Origin: Candidatus Kerfeldbacteria bacterium
GTDB lineage: Bacteria > Patescibacteriota > Patescibacteriia > UBA10025 > JAHIVO01
Direction: 5' to 3'
Assembly: GCA_047946875.1 (NCBI GenBank)
Contig: CP181398.1
Span: 79,154-143,153, forward strand
Length of the DNA: 64,000 nucleotides
In this document: piece by piece, positions 40,161 to 50,027 of the stretch
Position numbering within the stretch: position 1 is the first letter of the stretch
How the letters are laid out: every line of letters begins with the position of its first letter
Position numbers and translations under genes: made by a program
Notes under the pieces: model-generated
Told to the model about the DNA's origin: nothing
Databases searched by the model: none
Seen by the model: the letters and a program-made list of their open reading frames with translations, nothing else

Positions 40161-40745
40161 ATGGAAAACATTTTACCTCAAGCACCCTCACCTATAAATC
40201 AAAAAAAAGTACACAAAAAATCAAAATTTTCGGCAGTGGCAGTAATATTCGTTATTATTTTAACAGTAGTGCTATTCATTTTTGGTGAAAGATTAATTGC
40301 TGATCTTAATCAATGGATAAATCCTGCATATGATCAGTATGGTAGTGTACGTAGTTATAATTATGAACCAAGTTATGATTATTATGGAGCAGCACCAGAA
40401 AAAACTTATACTAGAGCTGATTATGAAATATATAAATTATTAATTCATACCGCATTTGCTGTACCAATATTACTTGCTGGATTTTTATTATATTTTTGGT
40501 TGTATTACAAAAAGAAAAAAAGTGCTAACAAAGTTATTGCCTGGCCATATTTTATTTTTGCTATTTGGATGTTGATTAGAGTGGTTTATCAAGCTTTCTA
40601 TTATTTGATCAAAGAATATGAAAAAGTTGGTATATATGTCGTACTTATAATTTTAGTTGCTTTGTTAACATGGTTGGCAATATTTGTTCAAAAAAAATAT
40701 CATGAAAAACATAATATAAGTATTGATGACGAAGGAGAAATGTAG
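40161..40745 (+). CDS. hypothetical membrane protein (about 4 TM)
   Basis: Four hydrophobic segments and a Tyr-rich loop. Confidence 0.65.
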   Translation: MENILPQAPSPINQKKVHKKSKFSAVAVIFVIILTVVLFIFGERLIADLNQWINPAYDQYGSVRSYNYEPSYDYYGAAPEKTYTRADYEIYKLLIHTAFAVPILLAGFLLYFWLYYKKKKSANKVIAWPYFIFAIWMLIRVVYQAFYYLIKEYEKVGIYVVLIILVALLTWLAIFVQKKYHEKHNISIDDEGEM

Positions 40746-40746
40746 T

Positions 40747-41103
40747 ATGTATGAGATTAAAAAATTTGACGTATTATCTACAGCCAGAATTACAGCATTT
40801 GTTATTACCGCAGTTTATCTAGTAGCTGCTACAAGTTTAGTAATAATTTTATTTATTACAAACGATTATGCAACGAGACATTTCTTTGAACCTGAATTTG
40901 ATGATTTTACTTTTGTAAGCGTATTAGGTATAGCAATCATAGTTGGGATAGTAGGATTTGGGGCTGGAGCAGCTGGTTCGGCTGTTTATAATAAAATAGC
41001 CGGAAAGTTTAGTGGGGTCAAGATGGACATTGAGATGATAGATGATGAATCTTATGTGCAACCTCAAATGGATAATACTCCTAAGCCACCCCAACAAAGT
41101 TAA
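40747..41103 (+). CDS. hypothetical membrane protein (DUF3566-like)
   Basis: IKKFDVLSTARI...VYNKIAGKFSGVKM, two TM. Confidence 0.6.
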   Translation: MYEIKKFDVLSTARITAFVITAVYLVAATSLVIILFITNDYATRHFFEPEFDDFTFVSVLGIAIIVGIVGFGAGAAGSAVYNKIAGKFSGVKMDIEMIDDESYVQPQMDNTPKPPQQS

Positions 41104-41122
41104 TTATTAATTTAATATTTGC

Positions 41123-41608
41123 ATGGCAATCCCGAAAAAATTATTGAATCATTTAGATAAGGCAAAAGCTAAGTTCGAAGTTTTAGAGCATAAGACAGTG
41201 TATACAGCTTATGATTTAGCAAAAACGACTAAGAGTAAATTACAAGAGATCGCAAAGACTGTATTGGTAAAAGCAGATAAAAAATATTTTTTAGTTGTTG
41301 TGCCCTCACATTATCAGTTGGATTTTTCAAAACTCAAAAAAATATTGAAAGTTAAGAAGGTGAGCATGGCCAAGGAGAATGAGATGAAAAATAAATTTAA
41401 GGTCAAGCCGGGAGCTATAACTCCTTTTGGAACAATACATAAAGTTGAAGTTATCGTTGATAAGACTTTATTAAAGTTGAAGGATGTCGTTCTGGGAGGA
41501 GGTAGTTTTACTGACAGTATTAAAATGAAAATAAAAGATTTTATGAAAGTAGAGGAGGAGAACGTCCAAGCAGCTTCAGTAGCTAAGAGAGATAAGACTA
41601 AAAAATAA
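41123..41608 (+). CDS. YbaK/ProX family aminoacyl-tRNA deacylase
   Basis: H..VYTA, IAKTVLVK, GAITPFG, G....SIK. Confidence 0.88.
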   Translation: MAIPKKLLNHLDKAKAKFEVLEHKTVYTAYDLAKTTKSKLQEIAKTVLVKADKKYFLVVVPSHYQLDFSKLKKILKVKKVSMAKENEMKNKFKVKPGAITPFGTIHKVEVIVDKTLLKLKDVVLGGGSFTDSIKMKIKDFMKVEEENVQAASVAKRDKTKK

Positions 41609-41612
41609 AAGA

Positions 41613-42338
41613 ATGGTTTATAAAATAAAAATAGAAACATTTGAAGGTCCGTTAGATTTATTACTCCAGTTGATTGAACAGGAGGAGATGGATATTACTC
41701 AAATAGCATTAGCTGGAGTAACTGAGCAGTATTTGGGTTATATTAATGATTCTCCAGACATCCTTACTGAGGAGCTTGCAGATTTTTTAGTTGTTGCTGC
41801 TAAACTTTTGTTAATCAAATCAAAATCATTATTACCAAATTTAGAGATAGATGATGAGGAAGCGATAGACCTTGAAAGGCAACTGAAAATATATAAAGAG
41901 TTTCATGATGCCTCAAAAGTATTACATAAAATGATTAATAAAAAACATTTTTTGTTTTCTAGAGAGAAAGCCGCAGTTTCAATGGATAAGATATTTAATC
42001 CTCCAGAAGATCTGACCACAACTAAATTACAAGAATTATTTGCAGATGTTTTAAGTGGTTTGGAACCATGGATAAATTTACCTACCGAGGTTATCAAAAA
42101 AACTATTTCTATTAGAGAGAGGATAGGCAATATTAGAGAAATGATTACTCACGAAGCAAATATGAGCTTTAAAGCTTTACTTAAGACAGCTAAAGATAAA
42201 ACGGAGGTAATTGTAACTTTCTTGGCAATTTTAGAACTTGTTAAACAAAAGACAGTGGCCGTTGTTCAAGAAAACCTTTTTGATGAGATTCATGTTCAGA
42301 AAATTAATGAAGAAGATCAGAAAACTGATATTGAATAA
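41613..42338 (+). CDS. scpA: segregation and condensation protein A
   Basis: FEGPLDLLLQLI, FLVVAAKLLLIKS, TFLAILEL. Confidence 0.95.
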   Translation: MVYKIKIETFEGPLDLLLQLIEQEEMDITQIALAGVTEQYLGYINDSPDILTEELADFLVVAAKLLLIKSKSLLPNLEIDDEEAIDLERQLKIYKEFHDASKVLHKMINKKHFLFSREKAAVSMDKIFNPPEDLTTTKLQELFADVLSGLEPWINLPTEVIKKTISIRERIGNIREMITHEANMSFKALLKTAKDKTEVIVTFLAILELVKQKTVAVVQENLFDEIHVQKINEEDQKTDIE

Positions 42339-42346
42339 TAATTCAT

Positions 42347-42413
42347 GACAAAGTTAGATCCGACCTGCCCGCTCCGCCATAGCTTTAGCGAGGCGAGTAG
42401 GCAGGCTCTACCG
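42347..42413. repeat. GC-rich nested palindromic (REP/MITE-like) element
   Basis: CCTGCCCGCTC-CGCCATAGCTTTAGCGAGGCG-AGTAGGCAGG core at 42364-42405, in the scpA-scpB gap. Confidence 0.8.
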
Positions 42414-42441
42414 TAAAATATAAAATAATTTAAATAAATAT

Positions 42442-43092
42442 ATGAAAACAAAAAATTTAATCGAAAGTCTTCTCTTCATTTCCGGGAAGCCAGTATCAAT
42501 AAAAAAATTAACAGAAATTTTAAAGAAAGATAAGAAAGAAATTATGGAGGCAGCTGAGGAGTTGATAAATGAATATAATGTTGACGAAAAAGGAATTCAT
42601 ATTCAAAAAACCGCAACCTCATATCAAATGGCAACCAGTCCACAGGCAACATACATTATAAAGGATTTTGTAAAAGCTGAACAAACTGGAGAATTGACTA
42701 GACCATCTTTAGAGACATTGACTATCGTTGCTTATAGGGGGCCAATAACAAAAGCTGAGTTAGAACAAATTCGTGGTGTTAACTGTAGTCTTATTATACG
42801 AAATTTACTTATTAAAGGTTTAATAGAATCAAAAGAAGATAATGAAAAAATGGCGACCATATATAATATTACTTTTGATTTTTTAAAATATCTTGGTTTG
42901 GATAAAGTTGAAGATCTTCCTGATTTTGAAAAATTGAATAGTGATGAAAATTTGAAAAAACTTATTGAGGAAAAGATATTAAATAAAGATGATGTAAAAG
43001 AAGATTCTAAGAAAGAAGTAAAAGACGAACAATCTCCAAAAGAGGATTCAGTTAATGAGGTGCCTGATGATAAAAAGGAAAATAATAACTAG
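42442..43092 (+). CDS. scpB: segregation and condensation protein B
   Basis: IESLLF, LETLTIVAYRGPIT..E.EQIRGVN, FLKYLGL...DLP. Confidence 0.95.
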   Translation: MKTKNLIESLLFISGKPVSIKKLTEILKKDKKEIMEAAEELINEYNVDEKGIHIQKTATSYQMATSPQATYIIKDFVKAEQTGELTRPSLETLTIVAYRGPITKAELEQIRGVNCSLIIRNLLIKGLIESKEDNEKMATIYNITFDFLKYLGLDKVEDLPDFEKLNSDENLKKLIEEKILNKDDVKEDSKKEVKDEQSPKEDSVNEVPDDKKENNN

Positions 43093-43095
43093 ATT

Positions 43096-44031
43096 ATGCT
43101 AGGTTATTTATTAGTTGTACTATTACAATTAAATGATATTGACCATAATTTTGATGCAATGAATCTTGATCCAGCTGTCCAACAGGCAATAATAAAGAAT
43201 TTAGAATCTTCTGATTATCAGACACCGTATCAAATAAATCATTATTTGCCCCCATTAAAAAATTCAGATCTGTTACAAACTAAACGAGTGATATCGGCTA
43301 GCTCTTATATGGTTATAGATTCAATGAGTGGAAGCGTTTTGAAACAGAGTAGCTCAACTGATAAAATGCCGATAGCTAGTTTAACTAAATTGATGACAGC
43401 TATAATTTTTTTGGAAGCGGGGATTGATTTTTCTAACGAGATAACAATAGAAGCATCTGACAATAGTAATATTAGCGGAAGTCATCAATATATACAGGCT
43501 GGAGAAACAATGACAGTAGGGGATTTATTTTATACAAGTTTAGTTGGTTCTTCTAATAATGCAACTAAAGCACTCGCTAGGTCAACAGGATTGGATGAAA
43601 GTGATTTTGTAGCTAGGATGAATAAAAAAGCGACGGACTTAGGGTTGCTTGATACAAGTTTCGAAGAGGTGACAGGGCTTAGTCCGAATAACACATCGAC
43701 AGTAAGTGATTATGCAAAAATTGCCGGTCATGCATTTAAAAACTTAACCATTGCAGAAGCTTTGAATAGATCTGAATATACTTTCAAAACGACAACCAAT
43801 AGATATCATAGAATTAGTAATACAAATAAACTATTGTCAGACAATGATTTGCAATTTGTAGGAGCAAAGACAGGGTATATCGATGAGGCGGGTTATACTT
43901 TTGTCTGTCAGGCCATAGAAGATGGTAATAAAATAATGGTAGTATTATTTAATAGTGATTCAAGTCAATCTAGATTTGATGAAGTTAAAACTTTAATAAA
44001 CTGGGCGTTTGATAATTATCGTTGGTTATAA
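43096..44031 (+). CDS. D-alanyl-D-alanine carboxypeptidase (peptidase S11)
   Basis: IASLTKLMT (SxxK), SSN, KTGY..EAG. Confidence 0.9.
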   Translation: MLGYLLVVLLQLNDIDHNFDAMNLDPAVQQAIIKNLESSDYQTPYQINHYLPPLKNSDLLQTKRVISASSYMVIDSMSGSVLKQSSSTDKMPIASLTKLMTAIIFLEAGIDFSNEITIEASDNSNISGSHQYIQAGETMTVGDLFYTSLVGSSNNATKALARSTGLDESDFVARMNKKATDLGLLDTSFEEVTGLSPNNTSTVSDYAKIAGHAFKNLTIAEALNRSEYTFKTTTNRYHRISNTNKLLSDNDLQFVGAKTGYIDEAGYTFVCQAIEDGNKIMVVLFNSDSSQSRFDEVKTLINWAFDNYRWL

Positions 44032-44046
44032 ACAAAACATTAAATT

Positions 44047-44544
44047 ATGTTTCATATAGATTACGCATCAATATTTCAAAATTTTTCACCTGAACTTGCT
44101 ACTGTTTTGATAGCAATGTTACCGATAGCAGAGTTGAGAGCAGCAATACCTGTAGCTATAGTTGGATTTGAAATGAGTTGGTGGAGTGCGTATATTTGGG
44201 CAGTAATTGGGAATATTATACCTGCATTTTTTCTGGTGTGGTTATTGGATCCTGTTTCAAAATGGTTAATGAAACATTCTAAGATATTTAATAAATTTTT
44301 TAATTGGGTATTTGATAGAACTCGTAAGAAATTCACTACACGAGCCAAACGTTATGGTAGTTTTATAGCTCTGGTTTTGTTCGTAGCTATACCACTGCCT
44401 ATTACTGGAGCTTGGACAGGTTCAGTTGCAGCATTTTTGTTTGGTATTTCATTCAAAAAATCTATGACAGCAATTACCACTGGAGTATTGATTGCTGGGC
44501 TAATAGTTAGTATTATGACTATAGGAGCAGTAACAATTTTTTAA
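44047..44544 (+). CDS. small multi-drug export family (COG2426) membrane protein
   Basis: P..ELRAAIP, LFVAIPLPITGAWTG. Confidence 0.88.
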   Translation: MFHIDYASIFQNFSPELATVLIAMLPIAELRAAIPVAIVGFEMSWWSAYIWAVIGNIIPAFFLVWLLDPVSKWLMKHSKIFNKFFNWVFDRTRKKFTTRAKRYGSFIALVLFVAIPLPITGAWTGSVAAFLFGISFKKSMTAITTGVLIAGLIVSIMTIGAVTIF

Positions 44545-44554
44545 ATAAATAAGT

Positions 44555-45328
44555 ATGAATAAAAAGCCATATATTGTCGCTAATTGGAAAATGAGTTTAG
44601 ATAAAATAAGTTTGGAACGATTTTTTGATAATATGGATTGGGAAAATATAGATCTGGAAAAGATTAATGTAATTTTATGCCCATCTCATGTTTTTATGTG
44701 TAAAACTAGAAATCAAATTGGAGATAAGACAATAGGTTTAGGTGCTCAAAATATTTTTTGGGAGGCAAGTGGTGCTTTTACTGGAGAAGTCTCTGCAAAA
44801 CAATTAGTCGATGTCGGATGTCAATATGTAATTGTTGGTCATTCTGAAAGACGTGAGATTTTTCATGAGACTAATGAAGTGGTAAATTTGAAAATCGTAC
44901 AAGCATTAAAAAATAAATTAAAACCGATAATATGTATTGGTGAAAATTTTGAGGAAAAAGAAAATGGATTAACAAAAAAAGTTATTGAAGAAAAACTAAA
45001 TGAAGGTTTGCAAGATATCTCACCGGCAGATATGCGTAATGTGTTAATAGCTTATGAGCCAATCTGGGCGATCAGTACCAACAAAGATAATACGGGACAA
45101 GCTGATAGTCCTGAGTCAGCACAAGTAGTCCATAAATATATTAGAAAATTAATATCGGGTTTATATGATGTGCGGATAGCAGAAAATTTACCGATTTTAT
45201 ATGGTGGTTCTATTAACCCAGAAAATATTGAAGGATTTTCTAAAATGGATGATATTGATGGAGTTTTAATTGGTGGGGCCAGTAAAGAAGCATCTTCATT
45301 CCAAAAAATTATTAATACTTATTTATAA
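44555..45328 (+). CDS. tpiA: triosephosphate isomerase
   Basis: ANWKM, GAFTGEVS, GHSERR, AYEPIWAI, YGGS. Confidence 0.96.
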   Translation: MNKKPYIVANWKMSLDKISLERFFDNMDWENIDLEKINVILCPSHVFMCKTRNQIGDKTIGLGAQNIFWEASGAFTGEVSAKQLVDVGCQYVIVGHSERREIFHETNEVVNLKIVQALKNKLKPIICIGENFEEKENGLTKKVIEEKLNEGLQDISPADMRNVLIAYEPIWAISTNKDNTGQADSPESAQVVHKYIRKLISGLYDVRIAENLPILYGGSINPENIEGFSKMDDIDGVLIGGASKEASSFQKIINTYL

Positions 45329-45334
45329 AAATAT

Positions 45335-46207
45335 ATGTTGGTACACCTTTCGGACTTATTAGAAAAAGCAAAAGGACAAGATTACGCGATTGGCGCTTTT
45401 AATATTGAGAATTTAGAAACTACAATTGGCGTAGTGCGGGGGGCAATAAAAATGAAAGCTCCGATTATTCTGCAAGTTTCAGAAACCAGTATACAATATG
45501 CTGGTTTAAAAGCTATTACTGGTATAGTACAAACTATCGCAGCTAATGAGGCGGAGGACGTACCTATAGCTTTGCATTTGGATCATGGAAAGAGTTTTCG
45601 TTCGGTAGCCGAATGCGTAAGGGCTGGTTTTTCTTCTATAATGATGGATGCTTCTGATATGCCATTTATGGAAAATATAGTTTTGACGAAACAAGCGGTA
45701 GATTTTACACATCGAAAAAATGTTTTAGCACAAGGTGAACTAGGTATTGTAAAAGGTTTAGAGGAGGTAAGTATTGAAGAAAGAAAACAAATGATGACTA
45801 ATCCTGATGAAGCTGAGGAATTTGTTACAAAGACAGGAGTTGATACATTGGCTGTAGCAGTTGGTAATGTACATGGTATAATGAAAATGCAAAAAGGAAA
45901 TCCTGGTCTTGACTTAGATAGGTTGGAAGCTATTCATAAAGTTATTCCAGACACTCCTTTAGTTTTGCACGGTGCTTCTGGATTACCGCAAAACCAGATT
46001 CACGCAGGTATAAATTTAGGAATAACAATAATTAATATTGATACAGAGTTAAGAGTTGCTTTTACAAACTCATTAAGGGATACATTAAATAATGATAAGG
46101 ATAGTTTTGATCCAAGAGAAATATTAACACCTTCTATCATGGCTATTCAGAAAGTAGTAGAAGAAAAAATAGAAATTTTTGGGAGTGGAGGGGAAATTAA
46201 AAAATAA
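45335..46207 (+). CDS. fba: class II fructose-bisphosphate aldolase
   Basis: LHLDHG, GNVHG, LVLHGASG, INIDTE. Confidence 0.93.
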   Translation: MLVHLSDLLEKAKGQDYAIGAFNIENLETTIGVVRGAIKMKAPIILQVSETSIQYAGLKAITGIVQTIAANEAEDVPIALHLDHGKSFRSVAECVRAGFSSIMMDASDMPFMENIVLTKQAVDFTHRKNVLAQGELGIVKGLEEVSIEERKQMMTNPDEAEEFVTKTGVDTLAVAVGNVHGIMKMQKGNPGLDLDRLEAIHKVIPDTPLVLHGASGLPQNQIHAGINLGITIINIDTELRVAFTNSLRDTLNNDKDSFDPREILTPSIMAIQKVVEEKIEIFGSGGEIKK

Positions 46208-46229
46208 CTTATTATTAAATAAAAATAAT

Positions 46230-47234
46230 ATGGCAACAAAGATTGCAATCAATGGGTTTGGTAGAATCGGGCGAGCTTTCTTTAAGCTAGCTTTCGATAA
46301 TAAGGATTTAGAAGTCGTAGCTATAAATGATACAAACGATAATGCTACTCTAGCTCATTTGTTAAAATATGATACAGTCTATGGTAAATTCGATCATGAT
46401 ATTACTACTAATGACAAGGAGATTATAGTAGATGGTATAAAGTATAATTCTTATGCCGAGAAAGACCCTACAAAGCTTCCATGGGAAGAATTGGGAGTAG
46501 ATATTGTTTTAGAATCTACTGGTAAATTTCGTACGGAAGAAGAAGCAACTGAACATATTAAAGCAGGAGCTAAAAGAGTAGTAATTTCAGCACCAGCAAA
46601 AGGCGGTGATGTCCAGACTGTAGTTTTTGGGGTTAACTATGATGAAAAAGATGATCATAAAGTAATATCTAATGCATCGTGTACAACAAATTGTATAGCT
46701 CCAGTAATGTCTATAATGAGTGGTAAATTTGGAATACAAAAAGCAGCTATGACTACTATTCACTCATACACTGCTGATCAAAATTTGGTTGATGGGTCAC
46801 ATAGTGATTTACGTCGAGCAAGGTCAGGTGCTGAGAACATTATTCCTACAACTACTGGTGCAGCTAAAGCTACTGCGATTACTATTCCAGTTTTGGAAGG
46901 AGTATTTGATGGAATTGCAATTAGAGTTCCTACTCCAGTGGTATCATTATCCGACATTACGATGCTGTTAAAAAAGAAAACTACGGTTGAAGAAATAAAT
47001 AAAACTTTTATCGAGGCTAAAGATACTCCTCGCTATGAAGGAGTTCTTGATGTGACAGACGAACCTTTGGTTTCTTCAGATTTTATTGGGAATACTTATG
47101 CTAGCATTGTAGATTTGTCTTTAACTAAGGTTATAGATGGAGATTTAGCTAAAATTATTACTTGGTACGACAATGAATGGGGCTATTCTAGTGCCTTAAT
47201 AAAGGTTTGCTATGAAACTGGAAAAAAGTTATAA
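46230..47234 (+). CDS. gap: type I glyceraldehyde-3-phosphate dehydrogenase
   Basis: INGFGRIGR, SNASCTTNC, WYDNEWGYS. Confidence 0.98.
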   Translation: MATKIAINGFGRIGRAFFKLAFDNKDLEVVAINDTNDNATLAHLLKYDTVYGKFDHDITTNDKEIIVDGIKYNSYAEKDPTKLPWEELGVDIVLESTGKFRTEEEATEHIKAGAKRVVISAPAKGGDVQTVVFGVNYDEKDDHKVISNASCTTNCIAPVMSIMSGKFGIQKAAMTTIHSYTADQNLVDGSHSDLRRARSGAENIIPTTTGAAKATAITIPVLEGVFDGIAIRVPTPVVSLSDITMLLKKKTTVEEINKTFIEAKDTPRYEGVLDVTDEPLVSSDFIGNTYASIVDLSLTKVIDGDLAKIITWYDNEWGYSSALIKVCYETGKKL

Positions 47235-47287
47235 TTATTGTATAAATAAATAATATTTTATCTTATTTATTGAAAGGGGGTGAAGTT

Positions 47288-47464
47288 ATGAAAAGTAAAT
47301 ATTTGCCAGCATTATTCGCAATATTTGGTTTAATGTGTGGTATTTTTGGTTTTTTTACAGAGGTAAGAGAGCATATAATTATCATTTCTTCCGCCTTCTA
47401 TTTACAAATGTCTATCGCGTCATTTTTGGCTGCAATCTACTTCGAGTTAGCCAGAAAAAAATAA
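47288..47464 (+). CDS. small 2-TM hypothetical protein, 58 aa
   Basis: SD AAGGGGGTGA before ATG 47288, followed by hairpin AGAAAAGCAG...CTGCTTTTCT. Confidence 0.65.
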   Translation: MKSKYLPALFAIFGLMCGIFGFFTEVREHIIIISSAFYLQMSIASFLAAIYFELARKK

Positions 47465-47583
47465 AAATATATTACTAGAAAAGCAGTAACAGGCTTAAGA
47501 AAAATGTCTGCTGCTTTTCTATCTCTAGTTATATTTATTGACACTTAAGTTAATAATGATATACTGGTGAAAATAACAATTGT

Positions 47584-47658
47584 GGCGCCATCGTCTAGTG
47601 GCTAGGACGCATGGTTCTCATCCATGTAACAGGGGTTCAATTCCCCTTGGCGCTACCA
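47584..47658 (+). tRNA. tRNA-Glu (CTC), CCA encoded
   Basis: GGCGCCATCGTCTAGTGGCTAGGACG-CATGG-TTCTCAT-CCATG...GGTTCAATTCC...TGGCGCTACCA. Upstream TTGACA (47538) and TATACT (47560). Confidence 0.95.
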
Positions 47659-48010
47659 CTTTCGTATTAATAGGTATTAAGCTTGGAATTATCATTAAGC
47701 TTTTTTGTATAAAGGATTCGAACGGGTAGGAGCGAGGCTACTTAGGACAGCATTGGACTTGAACATAAAAATATGGAACAATAAATATGAACGTTGAAAA
47801 GTAGTATATAAGCTCATAGTAGACATGATACAGGGTCGGAAAATGTAAAATTAAGACAAAATAGAGGATACTAAATAGCATTGTTGATCACAATCGTATA
47901 TTATCTAAAAATTGAGATTGAACAGCAAAAAATTGATGTAATTGAATTAAAAAAATTGCAAAAATTTATTATAAAAAGATTGAGTTTTTCATTAGTTAGC
48001 TATATATAAT

Positions 48011-48580
48011 ATGATAATCTTTAAGAAAAAAATAACCTTTCCACAATTTATTGCTGATGTGATATTTAGTGAATTTGATCAATTTGGTAAATATATTGAT
48101 GAATGGATCCCAATGGCTGATGAATTTAAAGTCTTACAGCATGAAGATAAAGAAGAACTGAAGGAGCTTGGCAATGCATTAGTTGTTGCGGATGTGCTTA
48201 CGAGTAGTCTTATACATTTTAAAGAACGAATTACAGAAGAAGATAATGGTAGGATTGTTGCCACTCTATATATTAAGTATATGAAAGAGGCAAGAAAATA
48301 TCCTGATCAAGTTTGCGAAAAACATAGAAATATCTTAGCTAAATTATTGGACGAGTGTAATAATTTTGATGCACAAGATGTCAAAGACATTAAAGGTGAA
48401 GATAACCAATCAAAATTTGCCTTATGTAGTGCTTTTGCAAAAATATTTGTGGGAAAAACTAGTCTTCTGAATGAGGTTGGTAAAGGTAAAAGTTTTGCTG
48501 CATTTAAATTGGCAAAATGTTTAGTTAAGGTGGACTACTTAGCTGGTATGCTAAAAAAATATAAAGTAATTTTTAATTAA
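48011..48580 (+). CDS. hypothetical protein
   Basis: 189-aa ORF, no family recognised. Confidence 0.55.
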   Translation: MIIFKKKITFPQFIADVIFSEFDQFGKYIDEWIPMADEFKVLQHEDKEELKELGNALVVADVLTSSLIHFKERITEEDNGRIVATLYIKYMKEARKYPDQVCEKHRNILAKLLDECNNFDAQDVKDIKGEDNQSKFALCSAFAKIFVGKTSLLNEVGKGKSFAAFKLAKCLVKVDYLAGMLKKYKVIFN

Positions 48581-48588
48581 ACTTTAAC

Positions 48589-48957
48589 ATGAACATGGGA
48601 ACCGACCCCCAAAGGCACCAAGTTTACAGAGATAGGGGAAATACGCTTACAGTAACGCTTATTACACTTAGCGGCGGCCTTCTACTATGGACCACAAGCT
48701 TATTTAGCTCAGCCAAAGAAGAAAATATTCTGATTTACTTTATCATATTTTTTTCAGTATTATGTATTGTTTTTTCTTTACTTGGAATGAATACCCATTA
48801 TAAAGGCTATATGCTTGAGGCGAGGTCAGAGACAATTCCAAATAAAGAGGCAAATGACGAGTTCAAGAAAGCTGATTGGCAGATTCCGGCCGCATTATAT
48901 ACATTTTTTGTTGCTGGATTACTCGGCATCATTCTGCTTATTATGATGAAAATATAA
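48589..48957 (+). CDS. hypothetical membrane protein (3 TM)
   Basis: Hydrophobic segments, LITLSGG motif. Confidence 0.55.
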   Translation: MNMGTDPQRHQVYRDRGNTLTVTLITLSGGLLLWTTSLFSSAKEENILIYFIIFFSVLCIVFSLLGMNTHYKGYMLEARSETIPNKEANDEFKKADWQIPAALYTFFVAGLLGIILLIMMKI

Positions 48958-49010
48958 CCATGCATTTACGAGTTAATTGAAAAATGTATTTTTTTTGCTA
49001 TACTTAATTT

Positions 49011-49505
49011 ATGGAAAAAATATATACTACAATTAAATCAAAAGGGATTATGGGAATTTATTGGGTTAGCCCTGTCTTTATTTTGTTTATGATGTTTGGA
49101 GTGCCATTTTTAGCTGACGAAGAAATGAGTGGAAATGATAGGAATGTTTTTTTTATAGTGTTCGGAATTATTTTTATCTGGCTGTGTTATATAATTTATA
49201 GAATATATAAGATGAGATATGTTATTAATAATAATGAAATAACAATCCATGGAGCTTTCAATAAAAATGTGATTAAAATTAATGAAATAGAAGAAATTAA
49301 AAGATCACCTATTCCATTTGGGATTAGGTTATTTGGCGGATTATTTATTGGTGGCAGATATTATCTTCCGGGGATAGGTAAAGCTTGGGTAGCTATGACA
49401 AATTTTAAAGATGGAGTTTTTATAAAGACACGAGCTAGTGAAAATTATGTAATCACTCCAAAAGATCCAGATGATTTTATTACTTATGTAACTAATAATA
49501 AATAA
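49011..49505 (+). CDS. bacterial PH domain membrane protein
   Basis: 2 TM, then Y.I....I.I, GIRLFG, YVITPKDPDDF. Confidence 0.75.
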   Translation: MEKIYTTIKSKGIMGIYWVSPVFILFMMFGVPFLADEEMSGNDRNVFFIVFGIIFIWLCYIIYRIYKMRYVINNNEITIHGAFNKNVIKINEIEEIKRSPIPFGIRLFGGLFIGGRYYLPGIGKAWVAMTNFKDGVFIKTRASENYVITPKDPDDFITYVTNNK

Positions 49506-49548
49506 TTAATTAATAGTCTATCGAGGATAGACATAGGGGAATAACAAT

Positions 49549-49887
49549 ATGAATTTCATAATACGTCTAATATTAAATGCTGCTGCATTACTATTGGTAG
49601 CCTATTTAGTGCCAGGTTTTGAGGTAGAGGGTTTTTATGCCGCTATTATCTCTGCTGTAATATTGGGTCTTGCTAATGCAATCATCAAGCCAATACTTGT
49701 ACTACTCACTTTACCAATTACTATTTTAACGCTTGGTTTGTTTACTTTGGTAATTAATGGTGTCTTAATATGGTTTGTGGCTAGCTTTATTGAAGGTTTC
49801 TCAGTTGACGGATTTGTTACAGCCTTGATTGGTGGGGTAATCTTATGGGTAATCTCTTGGTTTACTAATGCGCTGACAAAGAAGTAA
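49549..49887 (+). CDS. phage holin family (DUF360/YvlD-like) 4-TM protein
   Basis: NAIIKPIL..LTLPITILTLGLFTLVING. Confidence 0.9.
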   Translation: MNFIIRLILNAAALLLVAYLVPGFEVEGFYAAIISAVILGLANAIIKPILVLLTLPITILTLGLFTLVINGVLIWFVASFIEGFSVDGFVTALIGGVILWVISWFTNALTKK

Positions 49888-49907
49888 AATATAAAGAAAT
49901 TAAGTAT

Positions 49908-49940
49908 AAAATACCTTATAGAAATATAAGGTATTTTTTT
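49908..49940 (+). terminator. intrinsic terminator
   Basis: AAATACCTTATA-GAAA-TATAAGGTATTTTTTT. Confidence 0.75.
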
Positions 49941-50027
49941 ATTTATATACTCTTGACATATCAATGATTTTCTGTTAATTTTTATTGAAAATACAAATAT
50001 AGAACATTAACATAAACGGAGAGAATA

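Noticed and set aside
44555-45328. TPI loop-6 variant (WAIST plus insertion) as a pseudogene
   Set aside because: Catalytic K, H and E are intact, the ORF is full length and it sits in a glycolytic cluster
49549-49887. Holin as evidence of a prophage
   Set aside because: This 4-TM family is common in chromosomes. No integrase, terminase, capsid or lysin is nearby.
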